A stretch of 64,000 nt of DNA from Betaproteobacteria bacterium. GTDB lineage: Bacteria > Pseudomonadota > Gammaproteobacteria > Burkholderiales > Usitatibacteraceae. The DNA is taken from the NCBI GenBank assembly GCA_040006575.1, contig JBDTWS010000002.1, forward strand, positions 1,380-65,379, in the 5' to 3' direction. The position numbers and the translations under genes were made by a program. Of the stretch, positions 46,287 through 56,186 are shown in pieces (position 1 is the first letter of the stretch; each line of letters starts with the position of its first letter). The notes under the pieces were generated by a model. It saw nothing but the letters and a program-made list of their open reading frames with translations. It searched no databases and was not told the origin of the DNA.

Positions 46287-46400
46287 CGGCGAAGGTAAAA
46301 AACGCTTTTCCGCGTCGATGCCGTAAAATCCGCGTTTAGCATTTCAATGGCGCCGAAGCTACGAGGCGCCGCCACGCTAGCAGGAGAATACAAAACCTCA

Positions 46401-47735
46401 ATGGCCAAGAACGACGTCAAGAAACTCGAAGTATTCGTGAAATGGTTTCGCAGCGCGACGCCCTTCATTCATGAATTCGGCGGACGCACCATCGTCATTG
46501 CGTTTGGTGGCGAAGTGCTGTCGGACGGCGAACTCATGCAGCTCGCTCACGATATCAATGTGCTGGTCAGCCTCGAGATCCGCGTGGTGCTGGTGCACGG
46601 CACGCGCCCGCAGATTGAAGAGCAGCTGAAACAGCATGGTGTGGATTCGAAGGTGATCGACGGCAAGCGCGTGACCGACGACGCAACGCTCAAGTGTGTG
46701 AAAGAGGCCAACGGCATCGTCCGCGTCGAGATCGAGGCGACGCTGTCCACCGAGCTCGCCAATTCACCGATGGCGAACGCAGATATCCGCGTTTCATCCG
46801 GAAATTTCATCACCGCCAAGCCGTTCGGCGTGCGCGACGGCGTCGATTACATGCACACGGGCCAGGTGCGAAAGGTCGATGTCGAGGGCATCAACCGCCG
46901 GCTGGACGACGATGAAGTGGTGCTGATTTCGCCCATCGGCTTTTCGCCGACCGGCGATATTTTCAACTGCACGCTGGAAGATGTGGCGACGTCTGTGGCC
47001 GTTGCGCTCAAGGCCGAAAAACTGATTTTCCTCACGGAAACGCTGGGCGCCACGGACAACAAGGCAAAGCTCCTGACCGAACTGACCGCCCTGCAGGCGC
47101 AGGAAGCGCTGGGCTCGATTCGTTTTGGCGGGCAGACCGAAGACATTCGCCTGTTCCTGCCCTGCGCCATCCGCGCGGTACGCGAAGGTGTGAGCCGCGC
47201 CCACCTCATCAGCCGCCATGTCGACGGCGCGCTGCTGATGGAATTGTTCACCCATCACGGTATCGGCACGATGGTGGTGCTGGAATCGCCGGACCAGTTG
47301 CGCGATGCGAAACTGGGCGATATCGATGGCATCCTTGCCATCATCGACCCGCTGGTCGCGCAGGGAATCCTGGTCAAGCGCGATCGCGCCCTGATCGAAA
47401 AGGAAATCGACCGTTTCGTTGTACTGGAACAGGACGAGGAAATCATCGGTTGCGCGGCGCTTTATCCCTTCCCCAGCGACAAGGCGGTGGAGCTGGCGTG
47501 CCTGGCGGTCAATCCGTTTTATCGCGACGGCGGCCGAGGCGAGCGCATCCTCGCCTTCGCTGAAAAGCGCGCCAAGGAAAAGGGCTTCAAGACCTTGTTT
47601 GTGCTGTCCACGCAAACGACCCAGTGGTTCGTTGAGCGCGGATTTGTCGAGAGCGATGTTTCGAAGTTGCCTGCGGAAAAACAGGCCTTATATAACTATT
47701 CGCGGCGTTCGAAAATCTATTCGAAAGCGATTTAA
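46401..47735 (+). CDS. argA: amino-acid N-acetyltransferase (N-acetylglutamate synthase)
   Basis: Amino-acid-kinase fold N-domain (FVKWFRSATPFIHEFGGRTIVIAFGGE) plus a C-terminal GNAT domain (IGCAALYPF...LACLAVNPFYRDGGRGERIL). About 444 aa from the ATG at 46401. Confidence 0.9.
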   Translation: MAKNDVKKLEVFVKWFRSATPFIHEFGGRTIVIAFGGEVLSDGELMQLAHDINVLVSLEIRVVLVHGTRPQIEEQLKQHGVDSKVIDGKRVTDDATLKCVKEANGIVRVEIEATLSTELANSPMANADIRVSSGNFITAKPFGVRDGVDYMHTGQVRKVDVEGINRRLDDDEVVLISPIGFSPTGDIFNCTLEDVATSVAVALKAEKLIFLTETLGATDNKAKLLTELTALQAQEALGSIRFGGQTEDIRLFLPCAIRAVREGVSRAHLISRHVDGALLMELFTHHGIGTMVVLESPDQLRDAKLGDIDGILAIIDPLVAQGILVKRDRALIEKEIDRFVVLEQDEEIIGCAALYPFPSDKAVELACLAVNPFYRDGGRGERILAFAEKRAKEKGFKTLFVLSTQTTQWFVERGFVESDVSKLPAEKQALYNYSRRSKIYSKAI

Positions 47736-47783
47736 ACACCGTATCCGCCGCAATCGCGGCCGTACTGTAAATGGAGTTTCAAC

Positions 47784-48059
47784 ATGGCAAGAATGATCAA
47801 TTGCGTCAAACTCAAGACCGAGGCCGAAGGCCTGGATTTCCCGCCGTATCCCGGCCCCATCGGCAAGCAGCTTTACGAGCAGGTATCCAAGCAGGCGTGG
47901 AAAGAGTGGCTGGAACACCAGAAACGGCTGGTCAATGAAAACCGCCTGAACCTGGCCGACCAGAAGGCGCGCAAGTACCTGGAAGAGCAGATGATGCGGC
48001 ATTTCTTCGGTGAGGGCGCCGACCAGGCACAGGGTTTTGTGCCGCCGCCACCGGCATAA
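47784..48059 (+). CDS. yggX: Fe(2+)-trafficking / oxidative damage protection protein
   Basis: 91 aa. [24 protein letters not shown]...[18 protein letters not shown] is a full-length YggX pattern. Confidence 0.9.
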   Translation: MARMINCVKLKTEAEGLDFPPYPGPIGKQLYEQVSKQAWKEWLEHQKRLVNENRLNLADQKARKYLEEQMMRHFFGEGADQAQGFVPPPPA

Positions 48060-48074
48060 TTTCGCTGGTCATGC

Positions 48075-48108
48075 AATAAAAAGCCGCTGGGAACCAGCGG
48101 CTTTTTTA
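48075..48108. terminator. bidirectional rho-independent terminator between yggX (+) and phoU (-)
   Basis: aataaaAAGCCGCTGGgaaCCAGCGGCTTttttt: 10-bp stem flanked by an A-tract and a T-tract. Confidence 0.75.
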
Positions 48109-48119
48109 CGTGCTGAACA

Positions 48120-48830
48120 CTAGTCCAGCGACGACGTTTCGCGCTCGAATTCCTCGGCCGTGATGTGGCGCACGTCCTTGCCTTTGACAAGGTAGACCAC
48201 ATACTCGGACATGTTTTTCGCATGGTCACCAATGCGTTCAATGGCCTTGGCGACAAACAATATTTCGATGGCGGCCGAAATGGTGCGCGGATCTTCCATC
48301 ATGAACGTCACCAGCTGCCGCAGCACACCGCGGAATTGTTCATCAACAATCTGGTCCTGCTTCACAACCTTGGCCGCGGCCGCGATATCGAGGCGGGCGA
48401 AAGCATCAAGCGCAGTCTTGAGCATATCCAGCGCCACCGTGCTCGCGTAGCGCACTTCCGAAAAACGCGTCGACAGGCGGCGGTCGTGCTCGTGAATGAG
48501 CTTGGCCATGCGCGCGATTTTCTGCGCTTCGTCGCCGATGCGTTCCAGATCGGTAATGGTTTTGATGATGGCCATGACCATGCGCAAATCACTGGCGGCC
48601 GGCTGGCGCCGGGCGATGATGTGCACGCAGTCTTCGTCGATACCCACTTCAAGCGCATTGACACGGTGATCGTCCGCGATCACCTGGTCGGCCAGGTCCA
48701 TGTCGCCGGCCGCCAGCGCGTCCATGGCCCGGCTGATCTGCTGCTCCACCAGGCCGCCCATCTGCAGCACGCGTGAGCGCACCGCTTCTAGTTCGGCATC
48801 AAATTTTTTGGAAATATGTTCGTTGGCCAT
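48120..48830 (-). CDS. phoU: phosphate signaling complex protein PhoU
   Basis: 236 aa with two PhoU repeats. E(R/I)IGD motifs occur twice (DLERIGDEAQKI, AIERIGDHAKNM). Confidence 0.9.
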   Translation of the reverse strand: MANEHISKKFDAELEAVRSRVLQMGGLVEQQISRAMDALAAGDMDLADQVIADDHRVNALEVGIDEDCVHIIARRQPAASDLRMVMAIIKTITDLERIGDEAQKIARMAKLIHEHDRRLSTRFSEVRYASTVALDMLKTALDAFARLDIAAAAKVVKQDQIVDEQFRGVLRQLVTFMMEDPRTISAAIEILFVAKAIERIGDHAKNMSEYVVYLVKGKDVRHITAEEFERETSSLD

Positions 48831-48910
48831 GGCGCTTTTCGATCGTCCGGGCTAAGCCCAATACTGGAATTGTACGAGTGTAAGGACGCCTTGTGACAGG
48901 AATGTGACTG

Positions 48911-49582
48911 CTATGCCGGCAGTTTGCGCACGCCTTCGGGCGAGGCCAGCAGCGCAACATCGGCGGCGCGGTGGGCAAACAGGCCATTTGTCACCACACC
49001 GGTGATCTGGTTGATGGCTGTTTCCAGCGCAACCGGATCGGTGATGTGCAGGCCGCGAACATCGAGGATCCAGTTGCCGTTGTCGGTCACCACGCTTTTG
49101 CCGTCCCGCACCCGCCACTCGGGATGGCCGCCCAGCGCCACCAGCCGGCGGGCTACATAGCTGCGCGCCATGGGAATGACTTCGACCGGCAGTGGGAAGT
49201 TGCCCAGCACGTCGACCAGCTTGGATTGATCGGCAATGCACACGAATTTGTCCGATGCGGCAGCCACGATCTTTTCACGGGTCAGTGCAGCGCCTCCGCC
49301 CTTGATCATATGCATCTGCGCGTTGATCTCGTCGGCGCCATCGACATATACGGATAAAGTGCCGGCATCATTCAATTCCAGCACGTCGATGCCGGCTTCC
49401 CGCAGCAATGTCGAGCTCGCTTCCGAGCTCGACACCGCACCCTTGATGCGGCCGGCAATTTTCGCCAGTTCGGCGATGAAAAAATTCACCGTCGATCCCG
49501 TGCCTACACCGATGATTGTGTCATCGGGTACGTAGGCGATGGCGGCCCTGGCGGCGGCCTGTTTCAAAGCATTCTGGTCCAT
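48911..49582 (-). CDS. rpiA: ribose-5-phosphate isomerase A
   Basis: [20 protein letters not shown] and [13 protein letters not shown] motifs; 223 aa. Confidence 0.9.
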   Translation of the reverse strand: MDQNALKQAAARAAIAYVPDDTIIGVGTGSTVNFFIAELAKIAGRIKGAVSSSEASSTLLREAGIDVLELNDAGTLSVYVDGADEINAQMHMIKGGGAALTREKIVAAASDKFVCIADQSKLVDVLGNFPLPVEVIPMARSYVARRLVALGGHPEWRVRDGKSVVTDNGNWILDVRGLHITDPVALETAINQITGVVTNGLFAHRAADVALLASPEGVRKLPA

Positions 49583-49667
49583 GGGCGTGTCATTCGGGGC
49601 AAGGCAAAAAGAATAGCGGAATTCCTGCTACATTTCCTCTCGAACAGGTCCATAACCGGGAATAAAT

Positions 49668-51179
49668 GTGAAGCATGATTATTTGAAGCGCATCCTGAGC
49701 GCTCACGTGTATGACGTGGCCATCGAGAGTCCGCTGGGACGCAGCGCCGGCATGTCCGAATTGCTGGGCAATGAAATCCTGCTGAAACGGGAAGACCTGC
49801 AGCCGGTGTTCTCATTCAAGCTGCGTGGCGCGTATAACAAGATGGCGCATTTGACGGCCGCCGAATTGAAGCGCGGCGTGATTTGCGCCTCGGCCGGCAA
49901 TCATGCCCAGGGCGTCGCCCTGGCCGCGCAAAAGCTGGGCTGCAAGGCCACCGTCGTCATGCCTGTCACCACACCGGCCATCAAGGTGCTGGCAGTGCAG
50001 CGGCGTGGCGCGGAAGTATTGCTGCATGGCGACAGTTACCACGAGGCAGGCCTGTACGCGAAAACGTTGTCAGCCAGGAAAAAGCTCACCTACGTTCATC
50101 CTTACGATGATCCGCTGGTCATCGCGGGACAGGGCACCATCGGCATGGAGATCCTGCGGCAGTTCCAGCATCCCATCGACGCGATTTTTGTGCCGATTGG
50201 CGGAGGTGGATTGATTGCCGGGATTGCGGCCTATGTGAAGGCGCTCTCGCCCAAAACAAAAATCATCGGCGTCGAGCCGGAAGATTCGAACGCAATGTAT
50301 CAATCGCTGAAAGCTAACAAACGCGTCACGCTTTCGCATGTAAACCTGTTCGCCGACGGTGTTGCCGTCAAGCAGGTCGGCGTTGAAACGTTCAGGCTGG
50401 CGAAGCAGCTGGTGGATGAGGTGGTGCTGGTTGATACCGATGAAATATGCGCGGCCATCAAGGATATTTACCAGGACACACGCTCGATCATGGAGCCTTC
50501 AGGCGCGCTGGCGCTGGCAGGGATCAAGCGTTATGTCGAGCGCGAAAAATGCAAGGGCAAGACGTTCGTCGCCATCTGCTGCGGTGCGAACATGAATTTT
50601 GATCGCCTGCGGTTCGTCGCCGAACGCGCACAGGTGGGTGAGCACCACGAAGCCCTGCTGGCGGCCACTGTGCCCGAAACGCGCGGTAGTTTCCGTAAAT
50701 TTTGCGAGCTGCTGGGGCCGCGCAGCGTGACGGAATTCAATTACCGAATTGCTGATGCAAAACAGGCGCATCTTTTCGTCGGGGTGTCGGTGAGTGGGCG
50801 GGACGAAGCGAAGAAACTGGTCACGCATTTCAGCCGCCGCGGCTTCAAGACAGTGGACCTCACCGACAATGAAATGGCCAAGTTGCACGTGCGTCATCTC
50901 GTCGGCGGCCGTTCTCCCCTCGCGAAGGATGAACGCATCTACCGCTTCGAATTCCCCGAGCGTCCCGGCGCACTGATGAATTTCCTGACCAGCATGAGTC
51001 CCAACTGGAACATCACCTTGTTCCACTATCGTAATCATGGTGCGGACGTCGGCAGGATCCTGGTTGGTCTGCAGGTGCCGAAGAATGAGCGCGCTGGTTT
51101 TGGTAGGTTCCTGAAGACGTTGGGGTACCAATACGTCGATGAAACGGATAATCCTGCGTACCAGCTTTTCCTGGGCTGA
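49668..51179 (+). CDS. ilvA: biosynthetic threonine ammonia-lyase (threonine dehydratase)
   Basis: GTG start. PLP site LQPVFSFKLRGAYN. SAGNHAQGVA. Two C-terminal ACT-like regulatory repeats. 503 aa. Confidence 0.92.
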   Translation: MKHDYLKRILSAHVYDVAIESPLGRSAGMSELLGNEILLKREDLQPVFSFKLRGAYNKMAHLTAAELKRGVICASAGNHAQGVALAAQKLGCKATVVMPVTTPAIKVLAVQRRGAEVLLHGDSYHEAGLYAKTLSARKKLTYVHPYDDPLVIAGQGTIGMEILRQFQHPIDAIFVPIGGGGLIAGIAAYVKALSPKTKIIGVEPEDSNAMYQSLKANKRVTLSHVNLFADGVAVKQVGVETFRLAKQLVDEVVLVDTDEICAAIKDIYQDTRSIMEPSGALALAGIKRYVEREKCKGKTFVAICCGANMNFDRLRFVAERAQVGEHHEALLAATVPETRGSFRKFCELLGPRSVTEFNYRIADAKQAHLFVGVSVSGRDEAKKLVTHFSRRGFKTVDLTDNEMAKLHVRHLVGGRSPLAKDERIYRFEFPERPGALMNFLTSMSPNWNITLFHYRNHGADVGRILVGLQVPKNERAGFGRFLKTLGYQYVDETDNPAYQLFLG

Positions 51180-51227
51180 TGCCGCAGGAAATTTCGCGCC
51201 TGCGTTTGGCCGTCAAGGAAAGTCGAT

Positions 51228-54227
51228 TTGGAGTTGCGTTTGGAGCCGAAAAGAAATGAGGCCTGCCCTTGTGGCAGCGGAAAGCGGTACAAGCATTGTT
51301 GTGGACTTGAAGCGTCCACTGCATCTGTGCTTGTGCAAAATCCCGCGCCGGCCGCCGCGCCGCATAGCGCCCCGGCTGGCGATGCACCGACGGCCGTCGA
51401 AAAAGACCAGGCTATTGCCCTGTTCAACGCCGGGCGCCATGCAGAATTGGAGAGCCGGGCGCGCGCCCTGGTCGAGCGATACCCGGTGTCCGGCTGGGCC
51501 TGGAAAGTGCTGGGGATTTCGCTTCAGCTGCAGGGCAAGGATACGTTGGCCGCGTTGCAGAAAACCGTCGAATTCCTGCCGGACGATGCCGGCGCGCATG
51601 CCATGTTGGGAGCTACCCTTGTCGACCGGGGTCAATTCGAGAGTGCTGCGACAAGCTGCCGCCGCGCGCTGACGCTTGATCCGGATTACGCAGAGGCACA
51701 CGGTAACCTGGGCGTTGCGTTGCACGGCATGGGGCAATTCGAAAAGGCCGTGGCAAGCTGTCGTCGCGCACTGGCGATCGATCCCGATTTTGTCCAGGCA
51801 CATGGCGCGATGGGGGCGTCCCTCCAATCCCTGGGGCGGTTCGAAGACGCAGTCGCCAGCTATCGCCGGGCGGTGGAGCTGAACGCGGATTTCGCCCCCA
51901 CGCATTGCAACCTGGGTGCGGGCCTTATCGACTTGAAGCAGTTCGAAGAGGCGGCGGCGAGTTGCCGTCGGGCACTGGCAATTGATCCGGCGTATATCGA
52001 AGCGCACTGTAACCTCGGCATCGCGTTGCAAGGACTGGGGCAATTTGATGCCGCTGTGGAAAGCTGTCGCCGGGCGCTGGCCATCAATCCCGATTATGCC
52101 GAGGCGCACAACAGCCTGGCCACTGCCCTGCAAGCACTCGGCCATCTCGATGAAGCGCTGGTGAGCTATCAGCGGGCGTTGGTCCTCAGGCCCCAGTACG
52201 CTGAGGCGCATAACAACATGGGCAACGTGTTGCGAGATCTCCGGCAAATGACTGAAGCGGTAACGAGCTATCGGCACGCGCTGGCAATCAATCCTCATTT
52301 TGCCGAGGCGCACAATAATCTCGGTGTTGCCCTCCAAGTCCTCGAGCAACTCGATGAGTCGGCGGCCTGCTTCAGGCGGGCCCTGGCCATTAAACCCCGT
52401 TACGCCGAGGCGTACAGCAACCTCGGCAGTACGCTGCAAGACCTCGGGCTATTGGATGAGGCCGTGGCATGTTGCCGCCAGGCGCTTGCGATCAATCCTG
52501 GGCTCGCCGGCGCGCACAATAACCTGGGCAATGCGCTGAGGGACCAGCGGCAATTTGACGCCGCGATCGAAAGCTATCGCAAGGCATTGGCCATTAATCC
52601 GGATTTTGCCGAGGCGCATTACAACCTGGGCATTGCGCTGCGAGACTGCGAGCAATTTGATGACGCGGTGGCAAGCCTTCGCCGGGCCCTTGAGATCAAT
52701 CCCGATTTCGGGGAAGCGCACAGCAGCCTGGGATCGATATACGGAAGCATGGGCAAGATGAGTGAGGCCCGTGCCAGTTATGCAAAAGCACAGGCATTGG
52801 GCTTTGAAAGCGCCTGGGTACTGGATGCGCTGATGTTGCCCCCCATCATGGGCACAAAGGCGGAAATGCTGGAAAGCCGTGCGGCATTTGAACGCAATCT
52901 GGAACAGCTGATGAGGAAGGCTGTGCCCCAGCGCAACCCGTTTCGGAACGTAGCGCTTACCAACTTTTACCTGGCCTACCATGCCTTGAATGACCGGGAT
53001 CTGCAAATCGAGGTAGCGAAATACTATGAGCAGGCATGCCCGTCGTTGCTATATACCGCACCCCACTGTCTTCGGCCGAAGGTCCGTGCCGGGCAAAAGA
53101 TCCGTGTCGGCTTCTTTTCCAAATATTTGTATGAACATTCCGTTTCGCTTTGCTATAGCGAAATTGTCGAGTCACTTTCGTCGAACGATCAATTTGACGT
53201 GACGTTGATTTCCGATCGTCCTGCCGATGAAAAAACCTATTCGAAATTCGCCGGCAGGCGCGTGCAGGTGCCGCACAATATTGATCGCGCCAGGGAGCTG
53301 ATTGCCGCGCAGGAGCTGGACATCCTCGTATACCTTGATATCGGCATGGAACCCCTGAGTTATTTCCTGGCGTTCGCGAGATTGGCGCGCGTGCAGTGCG
53401 TTCTCAGTGGCCATCCGGTGACGACGGGCATCACCAACGTGGACTACTTCCTGTCGAATGACCCGATGGAACCGCCCGGCGCGGAGGCCCATTACAGCGA
53501 GAAATTGGGCAAGTTGCCGAAGCCGCTGTTTTATCTTGCGCGACCGGCCATACCTGCCAGGCTCAAGACGCGGACAGAACTCGGATTGCCTGAGGGACAG
53601 CACCTTTATATGTGCCCGATGCGGCTGCAGAAAATGCATCCGGATTTCGATGAGGCGATCACACGGATTTTGCAGATCGATGACACGGGCGTCGTCGTGT
53701 TGTTTGAAGACGTTGAACTGAAATTTGGCAAGAAGCTGCTTCTCCAGCGCTTTGAAAAGACCGTACCCGCAGATGTTCGCGAGCGCGTCGTATTCCTGCC
53801 ATGGTTAAAAAACCAAACCGATTTCATGAGCGCCATTGCGGCAGCCGACGTCATCCTGGATCCCTTCCACTTCGGTATCGGCTCAACGGCGATGACCACC
53901 ATCGCAATAGGTACGCCCATGGTGACGAAGGCCGGAGAATTCATGCGCGGGCGGGTGGGCATGTGGCTGTGCGAATTGATGGAGCTGCCTGAATGCATTA
54001 CCCACGATACCGAGGCCTACGCACAAAAGGCCGTGCAGCTTGCCGGCAATCCGGCGCTGCGGGAAAGCGTCGTCGCGAAGATGCGCAAGAACAGTCATCG
54101 CTTGTATGAAAACCTTCAACCTGTCGATGATTTTGCGAACTTCCTGCGTTCGGTGGCAGGGGAATCGACTAATCAGGCAGCGCATCACGTTACGCCACAT
54201 TCATCTTTGAGTCGCGCGCAGCATTGA
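51228..54227 (+). CDS. SEC-C zinc motif + ~14 TPR + GT41 (OGT/SPINDLY-like) glycosyltransferase
   Basis: N-terminal ACPCGSGKRYKHCCG (SecA C-terminal type SEC-C motif, nt 51261-51305). A TPR array. The C-terminal domain is paralogous to the GT41 domain of ORF 26715 (RVQCVLSGHPVTTGITNVDYFLSNDPMEPPGAEAHYSEKL). TTG start, exact codon uncertain. Confidence 0.8.
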   Translation: MELRLEPKRNEACPCGSGKRYKHCCGLEASTASVLVQNPAPAAAPHSAPAGDAPTAVEKDQAIALFNAGRHAELESRARALVERYPVSGWAWKVLGISLQLQGKDTLAALQKTVEFLPDDAGAHAMLGATLVDRGQFESAATSCRRALTLDPDYAEAHGNLGVALHGMGQFEKAVASCRRALAIDPDFVQAHGAMGASLQSLGRFEDAVASYRRAVELNADFAPTHCNLGAGLIDLKQFEEAAASCRRALAIDPAYIEAHCNLGIALQGLGQFDAAVESCRRALAINPDYAEAHNSLATALQALGHLDEALVSYQRALVLRPQYAEAHNNMGNVLRDLRQMTEAVTSYRHALAINPHFAEAHNNLGVALQVLEQLDESAACFRRALAIKPRYAEAYSNLGSTLQDLGLLDEAVACCRQALAINPGLAGAHNNLGNALRDQRQFDAAIESYRKALAINPDFAEAHYNLGIALRDCEQFDDAVASLRRALEINPDFGEAHSSLGSIYGSMGKMSEARASYAKAQALGFESAWVLDALMLPPIMGTKAEMLESRAAFERNLEQLMRKAVPQRNPFRNVALTNFYLAYHALNDRDLQIEVAKYYEQACPSLLYTAPHCLRPKVRAGQKIRVGFFSKYLYEHSVSLCYSEIVESLSSNDQFDVTLISDRPADEKTYSKFAGRRVQVPHNIDRARELIAAQELDILVYLDIGMEPLSYFLAFARLARVQCVLSGHPVTTGITNVDYFLSNDPMEPPGAEAHYSEKLGKLPKPLFYLARPAIPARLKTRTELGLPEGQHLYMCPMRLQKMHPDFDEAITRILQIDDTGVVVLFEDVELKFGKKLLLQRFEKTVPADVRERVVFLPWLKNQTDFMSAIAAADVILDPFHFGIGSTAMTTIAIGTPMVTKAGEFMRGRVGMWLCELMELPECITHDTEAYAQKAVQLAGNPALRESVVAKMRKNSHRLYENLQPVDDFANFLRSVAGESTNQAAHHVTPHSSLSRAQH
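51594..52817 (+). repeat. 12 uninterrupted tandem 34-aa (102-bp) TPR units
   Basis: Units begin AH(x)NLG and end ...CRRALAI(D/N)P(D)(F/Y)AE. The periodicity is visible at DNA level (recurrent gcgctggc.atc.atcc.ga.t). Two looser TPRs lie upstream, from about 51408. Confidence 0.85.
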
Positions 54228-54306
54228 TCCACTAATTGGAGTGAACGCCGTTTGAAGAACCGTGCCCGCAGGAAAACAGAAAACAGACAGGCCCACCAGC
54301 AAAGCC

Positions 54307-55428
54307 ATGACCGCACCCCGCGATAAGCCACCTATCTATGTGACACAGCCGCAACTTCCCCCGCTGGAAGAATTTGTCCCCTATCTGGCGAAAATCTGGG
54401 ACAGCAAGATCCTGACCAACTGCGGTCCGTTTCATGAGCAGCTGGAGACGGCGTTGTGCGAATACCTGGGGGTCAAGCAGATCTCCCTGTTTACCAATGG
54501 CACGATTGCGCTGGTCACTGCACTGCAAGCCTTGCGGATCACCGGCGAAGTCATTACTACGCCGTATTCGTTTGTAGCGACGGCGCATTCGCTGCTGTGG
54601 AATGGCATCAAGCCGGTGTTTGTGGACATTGATCCCATCACACTTAATCTCGATCCGGACAAGATCGAGGCCGCCATTACACCGCAAACCACCGCCATCA
54701 TGCCGGTGCATTGCTATGGGAAACCCTGCGATACGTCACGTATTCAAGCCATTGCCGACAAGCACGGGCTAAAAGTGATTTACGATGCGGCGCATGCTTT
54801 TGGCGTTAAGGACTCTGGTGGAAGTGTGCTCAATGACGGCGACCTTTCCGTGCTGAGTTTTCACGCGACCAAGCCGTTCAACACGTTTGAGGGCGGAGCC
54901 ATCGTATCCCCGGATGCTGAAACCAAACAGCATATCGACCACCTGAAAAACTTCGGATTCGTCGATGAAGTGACGGTCGTGGACCCCGGTATCAATGGCA
55001 AGATGAGTGAGATCAATGCCGCGTTCGGTCTGTTGCAATTGAAGGGTATCGATGCCGCCCTTGAAGCGCGCAAAGTCATTGACGCGCGTTATCGGCAACA
55101 CTTTGTCGCGGCAAAGGGCATTCAATGCCTCGCCGAGCCCGCAGGTATCCAGGCCAACTACGCTTACTTTCCGATCCTGGTGCAGCCGGCCCATCCGCTC
55201 AGCCGCGATGGCTTGTATGAAAAATTGCGCGCCCACGGAATTTATTCGCGGCGTTATTTCTATCCCTTGATCAGCGATTTTCCGATGTATAGCGCGATGC
55301 CGTCGGCAGCACATGCCAACTTGCCCGTGGCAAGGAAGGTGGCGAGTGAGGTGATTTGCCTGCCGATATATCCGGCGCTGTCGATTGAACAGGTCGACTT
55401 CATTGCCGAACTCATCGTTTCGCCATGA
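54307..55428 (+). CDS. DegT/DnrJ/EryC1/StrS-family NDP-sugar aminotransferase
   Basis: PLP-dependent fold. LSFHATKPF contains the Schiff-base Lys. DAAHAFG. WecE/FdtB-like overall. The ATG at 54307 is preferred over the ORF-track start at 54262. Confidence 0.88.
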   Translation: MTAPRDKPPIYVTQPQLPPLEEFVPYLAKIWDSKILTNCGPFHEQLETALCEYLGVKQISLFTNGTIALVTALQALRITGEVITTPYSFVATAHSLLWNGIKPVFVDIDPITLNLDPDKIEAAITPQTTAIMPVHCYGKPCDTSRIQAIADKHGLKVIYDAAHAFGVKDSGGSVLNDGDLSVLSFHATKPFNTFEGGAIVSPDAETKQHIDHLKNFGFVDEVTVVDPGINGKMSEINAAFGLLQLKGIDAALEARKVIDARYRQHFVAAKGIQCLAEPAGIQANYAYFPILVQPAHPLSRDGLYEKLRAHGIYSRRYFYPLISDFPMYSAMPSAAHANLPVARKVASEVICLPIYPALSIEQVDFIAELIVSP

Positions 55429-56186
55429 AACGTGTTGCCATCATGCAGCCGTATTTCTTCCCGTATATCGGCTATTTCCAGCTGATCGCCGCAGTGGATC
55501 TGTTCATCGTGTACGACAATATCAAGTACACCAAGAAGGGCTGGATTAATCGCAACCGCATGCTGCAGGGCGGCAGGGATGTGATGTTCTCGCTGCCGCT
55601 GAAAAGCGATTCGGACTCCCTGGATGTAGGCGAACGGGAGCTGGCGAAGGATTTCAAACGTGACAAATTGTTGAACCAGATTACCGAGGCGTACCGGCAC
55701 GCACCCTATTTTTCCGAAACGTTTTTCCTGGTTGAGGAAATCGTTAAGCATGACGACGCGAACCTTTTTGGGTATTTGCATCATTCCATTGCCAGGACCT
55801 GTGAACACCTGGGAGTCTTGACGGAGATAAAAATTTCTTCCGGTATCGCCATCGACCATGCGCTGAAGAACCAGGAAAAGGTGCTCGCCCTGTGCGCGGC
55901 TGTCGGCGCGACTGACTATGTCAATGCTATCGGTGGCATGGAACTCTATGCGGATGACGCCTTCCAGAAAAGGGGAATCGAGTTGAAATTCCTGCGTTCG
56001 CACCCGTTCGAGTATGTGCAGCTCGGCGACACGTTTGTTCCGTGGTTGTCTATCATCGACGTGATGATGTTCAACCCGGTTGAGGCCATCAAAACTTACC
56101 TCGGCTCGGGTTACGAATTGATTGCGGGCGGACAGATGCCCGCTAAGATGCCGGATTCACAATTGATGTCGGGTTTGCACCTGTAA
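55425..56186 (+). CDS. WbqC-family protein
   Basis: MKRVAIMQPYFFPYIGYFQLIAAVDLFIVYDNIKYTKKGWINRN is the characteristic WbqC-like N-terminus. ATGA overlap with the aminotransferase gene. Confidence 0.75.
   Translation: MKRVAIMQPYFFPYIGYFQLIAAVDLFIVYDNIKYTKKGWINRNRMLQGGRDVMFSLPLKSDSDSLDVGERELAKDFKRDKLLNQITEAYRHAPYFSETFFLVEEIVKHDDANLFGYLHHSIARTCEHLGVLTEIKISSGIAIDHALKNQEKVLALCAAVGATDYVNAIGGMELYADDAFQKRGIELKFLRSHPFEYVQLGDTFVPWLSIIDVMMFNPVEAIKTYLGSGYELIAGGQMPAKMPDSQLMSGLHL

Noticed and set aside
48120-48830. phoU without adjacent pstSCAB, lying next to rpiA instead.
   Set aside because: Stand-alone phoU genes are common in many proteobacteria. The gene looks intact, so there is nothing further to support a special role.
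51213-52439. Long antisense ORFs opposite well-supported genes. Examples are 51213..52439(-), 27330..28235(-), 25483..26304(-), 42074..43183(-), 39629..40564(-), 34115..35044(+), 46794..47615(-), 4615..5514(-) and 2134..2718(-).
   Set aside because: Their translations are Arg/Ala/Gly/His-rich with no recognisable motifs. Each lies fully inside a gene with strong family signatures on the other strand. Stop-poor antisense frames are expected in roughly 60-65% GC DNA and in periodic TPR-coding DNA.
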